Assembly (NCBI GenBank): GCA_026396115.1
Contig: JAPLXL010000005.1
Coordinates: 137,316 to 201,315 of the forward strand
From: Candidatus Nealsonbacteria bacterium
GTDB taxonomy: Bacteria; Patescibacteriota; Minisyncoccia; Minisyncoccales; RBG-13-42-11
DNA length: 64,000 bases
Direction: 5' to 3'
The translations under genes were made by a program, and so were the position numbers. The notes beneath the pieces are model-generated. The model did no database searches. It worked only from the letters and a program-made list of their open reading frames with translations, and was not told where the DNA came from. Positions 59,022-64,000 of this stretch are shown here, piece after piece. Within the stretch, counting starts at the first letter, position 1. Each line of letters starts with the position of its first letter.

Positions 59022-59573
59022 ATGAAAAAAATTTTTAGTATTATTCTTGGTTTAGCGGTTTTATTTAGTATTTTATCCTTGCCAGTTGCGACCCGAGCGG
59101 TTTCCAGCACCTCATCGGCGCAGGAATTCATTACTTCTCTTCAGGAGCAAATTACCAGATTAAGGGCCCAAGTTACAGATTTAAATGTTCAATTAGAATC
59201 ATTAAGACAAGCAAAGGGCGAAGTAAAAGAAACGGCAAAAGATGTAAAAGGAACGCTTCAACTTATAAAACAGTTGAGAGTAGGCATGACCGGAGATGAT
59301 GTTAAAATATTACAGGAATTCCTGGCTACCGACCCCGAAGTTTATTCTGAAGGTCTTATCACCGGTTATTTTGGTCCTATGACAGAAAGGGCGGTTCAAA
59401 AACTTCAAAAAAGAATGTGTCTTGACCAAGTGGGGAATGTGGGGCCAAAAACAATGTGGAGAATAAATGAGTTGCTTACAGAAGGAGCGGGTTCTTCAGG
59501 CAAAGTTCCACCGGGACTTTTAAGGGCGCCCGGTATCCAGAAAAAACTTTGCGCAACCTCAACCCCGCAGTAA
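59022..59573 (+). CDS. Secreted coiled-coil protein with peptidoglycan-binding domain
   Basis: Signal peptide; LRVGMTGDDVKILQEFL...TGYFGPMTERAVQKLQ...G.VGPKT. Confidence 0.8.
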   Translation: MKKIFSIILGLAVLFSILSLPVATRAVSSTSSAQEFITSLQEQITRLRAQVTDLNVQLESLRQAKGEVKETAKDVKGTLQLIKQLRVGMTGDDVKILQEFLATDPEVYSEGLITGYFGPMTERAVQKLQKRMCLDQVGNVGPKTMWRINELLTEGAGSSGKVPPGLLRAPGIQKKLCATSTPQ

Positions 59574-59651
59574 GCTCCTCTGATTAGGTCAGTAAACTTA
59601 AAATAGGTAGGACATATAGACATACAGAGGGTAGGACATTTATCAATTGAC

Positions 59652-59680
59652 TTGACCTATCTTATTAATAAGCGTACAAT
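59652..59680 (+). promoter_or_regulatory. Putative sigma70 promoter of the pilus operon
   Basis: TTGACC-17 bp-TACAAT. Confidence 0.55.
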
Positions 59681-59746
59681 AGAAAATCAATTCAGTGCTA
59701 AAAATTACTGAAATAAAAAACAAAGTTAAGATTAAATATTTTTTTT

Positions 59747-60979
59747 ATGGAAACCAATCCTAATGATTACTATAAAAACATTGAGAATCAATTGGCTCAG
59801 CAATTGGAGCCTTCCGTTATTAAATTTCTTGATTACGTCGTTGAGCATGCCTACAGCCTGAGAGCTTCTGATATTCATCTTGATCCCGTAGAGGAGGGAT
59901 TAAAAATTAGATTTCGGGTTGACGGAGTCTTACAGGATATTTACACTTTTCACCAAAACATTCATTCTGAAGTGGTTTCCAGAATAAAAATCCTTTGCGG
60001 TTTACGGACCGACGAACATCAGGCGACCCAGGATGGTCGATTTACCGATTATATTGGAACAACAAAGCCAATAGATATTAGAGTTTCCATTGTTCCAACA
60101 TATCACGGCGAAAATGCAGTTCTTCGTTTACTTGCCGATAAAGTTGAGCAATTTACTTTAGAAACTTTGGGATTTGGTGAAGATAATGTTTTGAAAATTG
60201 ATAAAGCCATACGCAAGCCCTGGGGTATGATTTTAGCTACCGGTCCTACGGGTTCGGGAAAAACCACAACACTCTATACTCTTATAAAATTACTCAACAA
60301 CAAAGACGTATCGATTATTACTATCGAAGACCCAATAGAATATGATATTAAAGATGTTAGTCAAATTCAGGTGAATCCCCGAACCAATCTGACTTTTGCT
60401 AAAGGCCTTCGCTCCATTATACGTCAAGACCCCAATATTATTATGGTGGGTGAAATTCGGGATTTTGAAACAGCAAGTTTAGCTGTAAATACCGCCCTAA
60501 CCGGTCATCTTTTGCTTTCCACCATTCATACTACTGATGCAGTTACTACCATTGTTCGCCTGCTTGATATGAAAATAGAATCATTTTTGATCGCTTCAAC
60601 CGTGAATTTAGCCATTGCCCAGCGATTAGTTCGGAAAATTTGCAATCATTGTAAGGTTTCCCACAAGATAACCAAAGCTGAATATCAAAGCTTATCTGGC
60701 ATAATACCCGCGAAACTTTTAGAAAAAGCGGAGAATTTCTATCGGGGGAAGGGCTGTCCTGAGTGCAACCAAACTGGCTACCAGGGGCGGATCAGTATCA
60801 ATGAAGTTTTGGTAACTAACGATGCCATTAGAGAAGCTATCTTGCGGCGCGAGTCATCAAATAAACTAAAGCAAGTTGCTATTGACAATGGGATGACTAC
60901 AATGCTTGAAGACGGTTTTCAAAAAGCTCTAAAGGGAATAACTACCATTGAGGAGGTTTTAAGAGTAATCAATGAATAA
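59747..60979 (+). CDS. pilB: Type IV pilus/T2SS assembly ATPase (PilB/GspE family, short form)
   Basis: ASDIH, RFRVDG, TGPTGSGKTTTLY, TIEDPIEY, RQDPNIIMVGEIRD, TGHL, tetracysteine motif. Confidence 0.88.
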   Translation: METNPNDYYKNIENQLAQQLEPSVIKFLDYVVEHAYSLRASDIHLDPVEEGLKIRFRVDGVLQDIYTFHQNIHSEVVSRIKILCGLRTDEHQATQDGRFTDYIGTTKPIDIRVSIVPTYHGENAVLRLLADKVEQFTLETLGFGEDNVLKIDKAIRKPWGMILATGPTGSGKTTTLYTLIKLLNNKDVSIITIEDPIEYDIKDVSQIQVNPRTNLTFAKGLRSIIRQDPNIIMVGEIRDFETASLAVNTALTGHLLLSTIHTTDAVTTIVRLLDMKIESFLIASTVNLAIAQRLVRKICNHCKVSHKITKAEYQSLSGIIPAKLLEKAENFYRGKGCPECNQTGYQGRISINEVLVTNDAIREAILRRESSNKLKQVAIDNGMTTMLEDGFQKALKGITTIEEVLRVINE

Positions 60980-62051
60980 GAAAAAATTTTCATTTTCATT
61001 TTCAAATCGCTTCTCATCTCATGAGAAAGAACTTTTTGTTAAGCGCCTTTCTTTTTTATTGAAAGCCGGCATTCCGATTTTACAGGGCTTAACAATGATT
61101 AAAGAGCAGACGCGTTCGAATAAACAGAAAAAAGTTATTGAAAGTTTAATGAATAGTGTTGCCAACGGTCGATCGCTTCATGCCAGCCTTAAACGCTTTA
61201 GAAATATTTTTGGCGATTTTATAATTAATATCATTCGTATTGGGGAAAATACCGGGCTTTTACATCAAAACTTAAATTATTTAGCTGAAGAGTTAAAAAA
61301 AAGAAGATTGCTTAAACGTAAGATAATTGGAGCGCTTGTCTATCCTATTTTTATTGCCGTGACCACGATTGGCATCACCACCATGCTCATTGTTTTTGTT
61401 TTCCCCAAGATTTTGCCTATTCTCAAAAGCTTGAATGTTCCTTTGCCCATTACTACAAGATTTCTTATTAGCTTGAGCGGTTTTTTAACAAACTATGGTT
61501 TTTATGTGTTGGGTGGCCTGATAGTTTTTAGTGCAGGAATATTTTTTATATCAAAATTGCCTAAGGTACGTCTTTTTATTGATATTCTTATACCTTCAAT
61601 TCCAATCATCGGGCAAATTTTGCAAAATTATCACCTTGTTAATATTTGTCGTACCTTAGGTTTGCTTTTGAAAAGCGAGGTGACTCTGAATGAAGGAATA
61701 AAAATAACAGCTGAGACGACATCCGATATGGTTTATAAAAAAATGCTTGGAAAGATGAGAGAAAATATTTTAAAAGGAAAAAAAGTTGCCGATCAGTTTG
61801 AAAATTATCCTCGCTTTTTTCCTATATTAATTACGCAAATGTTGGCAGTTGGGGAAACAACCGGTGATTTAAGCGGTTCACTCCTTTATCTGGCGGAATT
61901 TTACGAAACAGAAGTTGATGAAATGACTAAAAATCTGTCTAATATCCTGGAGCCGCTTTTGATGATATTTATGGGAACCATAGTGGGTTTTGTGGTTATT
62001 TCAATTATTACGCCGATATATGGGGTTACCCAACATCTCAATGTTAGATAA
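60972..62051 (+). CDS. pilC: Type IV pilus/T2SS inner-membrane platform protein (PilC/GspF)
   Basis: LLKAGIP, IGENTG, ALVYP, VGETTG, LEP motifs. Confidence 0.9.
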   Translation: MNKKKFSFSFSNRFSSHEKELFVKRLSFLLKAGIPILQGLTMIKEQTRSNKQKKVIESLMNSVANGRSLHASLKRFRNIFGDFIINIIRIGENTGLLHQNLNYLAEELKKRRLLKRKIIGALVYPIFIAVTTIGITTMLIVFVFPKILPILKSLNVPLPITTRFLISLSGFLTNYGFYVLGGLIVFSAGIFFISKLPKVRLFIDILIPSIPIIGQILQNYHLVNICRTLGLLLKSEVTLNEGIKITAETTSDMVYKKMLGKMRENILKGKKVADQFENYPRFFPILITQMLAVGETTGDLSGSLLYLAEFYETEVDEMTKNLSNILEPLLMIFMGTIVGFVVISIITPIYGVTQHLNVR

Positions 62052-62559
62052 ATCTCGCACCAATTTTCAAGAAAAAGATGCTGGGTTTACATTGATTGAA
62101 ATTATCGTTGTGATGTCGCTGCTGGCGGCTATCGGCGCTTTGACGGCTTTTGCTAATTTTGATGTCTGGCGCGGCTATACTTTCCGCGGGGAATGCGATT
62201 TGTTGATTTCGGTTTTACAAAAAGCGCGCAGCCAGAGCGTCAACAATATTTGCTTGGGGAGCAGTTGCACTGATGGCCGACCGCACGGCGTATATATTCA
62301 AAGCGATAAATACACCATTTTCCAGGGAAGTGACTGGGACCATCGCGACGTTGCAATAGACGAAGATTTTGAAGCCAACAGTAAGGTTAGTAGCGCCAGC
62401 AGCACAATCAGCGAAGTTGTTTTCAGCCAGCTTTCAGGCGATGCCAGCTTCCCGCAAAGCCCCGGTCTGATAGAAGGCAAAATTATTTTAAACGAAATTG
62501 ACGGTTTCCATTCCGAAACTATTTCCATCAACAATGAAGGAAGAATTGATTATCAATAA
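62041..62559 (+). CDS. Minor pilin/pseudopilin (FimT/GspH-like); start likely ATG 62041
   Basis: Prepilin site GFTLIE followed by a hydrophobic helix; LQKARSQS. Confidence 0.85.
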   Translation: MLDKSRTNFQEKDAGFTLIEIIVVMSLLAAIGALTAFANFDVWRGYTFRGECDLLISVLQKARSQSVNNICLGSSCTDGRPHGVYIQSDKYTIFQGSDWDHRDVAIDEDFEANSKVSSASSTISEVVFSQLSGDASFPQSPGLIEGKIILNEIDGFHSETISINNEGRIDYQ

Positions 62560-64000
62560 ATCTTGTTCGGGATTTTCTACCTTGGAAATGCTGATAGCTA
62601 TGGCTATTTTAATTATGGTTATCTCAGCCGTGATTTTGGTTTCATTCGGCAGTCAGTCAATGCTCATTGACAGTCAAACCAACAGCGAAGCTTTAAATAA
62701 AGCCCAGGAACTTTTAGAAGAGGTGCAAGCTTTGGCAAGAAAGGATTATAAATTGGTAAATCCAGTAGCTACAATCACCGACGGCATATATCAAAAAAAA
62801 ATTGACGTTGAAACGCAGCCGGATTTTTTTACCAAAAAAGTGACCGCCACGGTTTCCTGGCTTGGTGAACACAATCGGAATTTAAATGTTCAGCTTTCGG
62901 CACTGGTCACCAACTTCAACAACGCCGTTGGCGGCGACACTTGCGATTCGGTGTTACGAGACAACACTGGCGCTACTAACGCCGATGTTTGGAAAACCCC
63001 GCAAGTCAAAAATTCTATCACTGATTTTGCTCAACTGGCTGGTGTTTCGGGCATTTATCCGATTACAGACATAGACGCGTATAAAGGCAAGCTTTATATA
63101 ACCACAAACAATAGTAGCGAAAATCAAAGCACTTTTTTTGTTTTCGACATTACTGATCCTACAAATCCAGTTTTGGATCACGGCGGCACTGATAAAATAG
63201 ATAATGATAGCGATAATAATAGCGGATTGAATGCGGTGGCAGTGGCAGAAAATGCCAGTGGTAATGGAAAAATCTATGCTTTTGTGGCGAATGCCAGTGG
63301 CGTTTCCGTAGGACAATTACAAATTATAGAGGTAAGCGTAAGCCCTCCTCAAGTTGTAGCCACTTATCCAATGCCAGGCGTGACCAGTACTAGTAGTAGT
63401 CAAGGAGTGGGCAACAGTATTTTTTATAAAGACGGTTTTGTTTATTTAGGCCTGAAGGCAACAGGTCCTGGGAACGGTCCAGAATTTCACATTATTGACA
63501 TGCATGATTTTCTAGCTAATCCAACCAACCCTAACCTTATTCACTACGCTGATTCATATTCAATTGGCGACGATATCAACGCTATTTACGTAAAAGGAAA
63601 TTATGCTTATTTAGCAACGTCTGACAGCCAGGAGTTGATTGTTTTGAATGTCAGTAACCCTACCGATATCTCGACTGGCAGCCCCGTTTGGGGCTACGAT
63701 GCCGCTGGTGGCGGCAACGGAAAAAGTTTATATTTGGTGGGCGATACTTTATCTTTGGGCAGAACATTTCCTTCATCTGGACCGGAATTTTATATTTTAA
63801 ACAATACTGACCCGACTAATATTCCCGTCAATAATCCTGATCCGCCATCACCATATCCCTACACCCAAAGTATCGGTAGCAGCGTAGATGGATTGGTAGT
63901 GCGAGCCGGGTTGGATACCGTTGTCCCGTCAACCTTGCATAATTTAGCTTTTTTTCTGACCTCAAGTAATTTTCAACTTTGGGATATTACCAATTTATCC
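62534..64000 (+). CDS. Large prepilin-type protein with LVIVD-like beta-propeller repeats; runs off window end (not in ORF track)
   Basis: Manual translation MKEELIINKSCSGFSTLEMLIAMAIL...; repeats such as IYVKGNYAYLATSDSQELIVLNVSNP and FFVFDITDPTNP. Confidence 0.75.
   Translation, partial: MKEELIINKSCSGFSTLEMLIAMAILIMVISAVILVSFGSQSMLIDSQTNSEALNKAQELLEEVQALARKDYKLVNPVATITDGIYQKKIDVETQPDFFTKKVTATVSWLGEHNRNLNVQLSALVTNFNNAVGGDTCDSVLRDNTGATNADVWKTPQVKNSITDFAQLAGVSGIYPITDIDAYKGKLYITTNNSSENQSTFFVFDITDPTNPVLDHGGTDKIDNDSDNNSGLNAVAVAENASGNGKIYAFVANASGVSVGQLQIIEVSVSPPQVVATYPMPGVTSTSSSQGVGNSIFYKDGFVYLGLKATGPGNGPEFHIIDMHDFLANPTNPNLIHYADSYSIGDDINAIYVKGNYAYLATSDSQELIVLNVSNPTDISTGSPVWGYDAAGGGNGKSLYLVGDTLSLGRTFPSSGPEFYILNNTDPTNIPVNNPDPPSPYPYTQSIGSSVDGLVVRAGLDTVVPSTLHNLAFFLTSSNFQLWDITNLS

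Noticed and set aside
1-64000. Alternative genetic code (UGA recoding) and the many short antisense ORFs
   Set aside because: Conserved genes are full length under code 11 and several end in TGA; antisense ORFs overlap well-supported genes and lack motifs.

Overview
AT-rich bacterial chromosome segment, genetic code 11. The gene content points to a Patescibacteria/CPR genome, probably Parcubacteria (inference): minimal proS/thrS, no rplA after rplK, core genes mostly without Shine-Dalgarno sites, pilin/VirB6-like and type IV pilus clusters. It holds translation and replication genes (proS, gatCA, gatB, pheST, thrS, gyrB, dnaE, secE-nusG-rplK, rplJL, rpmF-nusB-rnc-rpsP, trmD, def), a thymidylate/one-carbon cluster, six tRNAs, a MacAB-like exporter and several small accessory islands. 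The main unexplained signal is a family of ~45-70 bp double-hairpin elements, TA-CCGA-[stem-loop 1]-GAAGGTGAA-[stem-loop 2]-GCC-(TA), seen at about 28 loci. Many sit in frame inside conserved, often essential proteins (GatA, GatB, PheT x4, ThrS, GlyA, FolD, MiaB, MltG), in both orientations and several frames. Some are tandem or nested, the stems co-vary, and one copy can be compared with an empty version of its site within this window. Other signals: promoter-boxA-like-SD leaders confined to accessory genes, a MiaB-MiaA fusion, candidate structured RNAs, repeat-flanked single-gene cassettes and an orphan rplL 3' end. All calls are by eye; no database searches were run.
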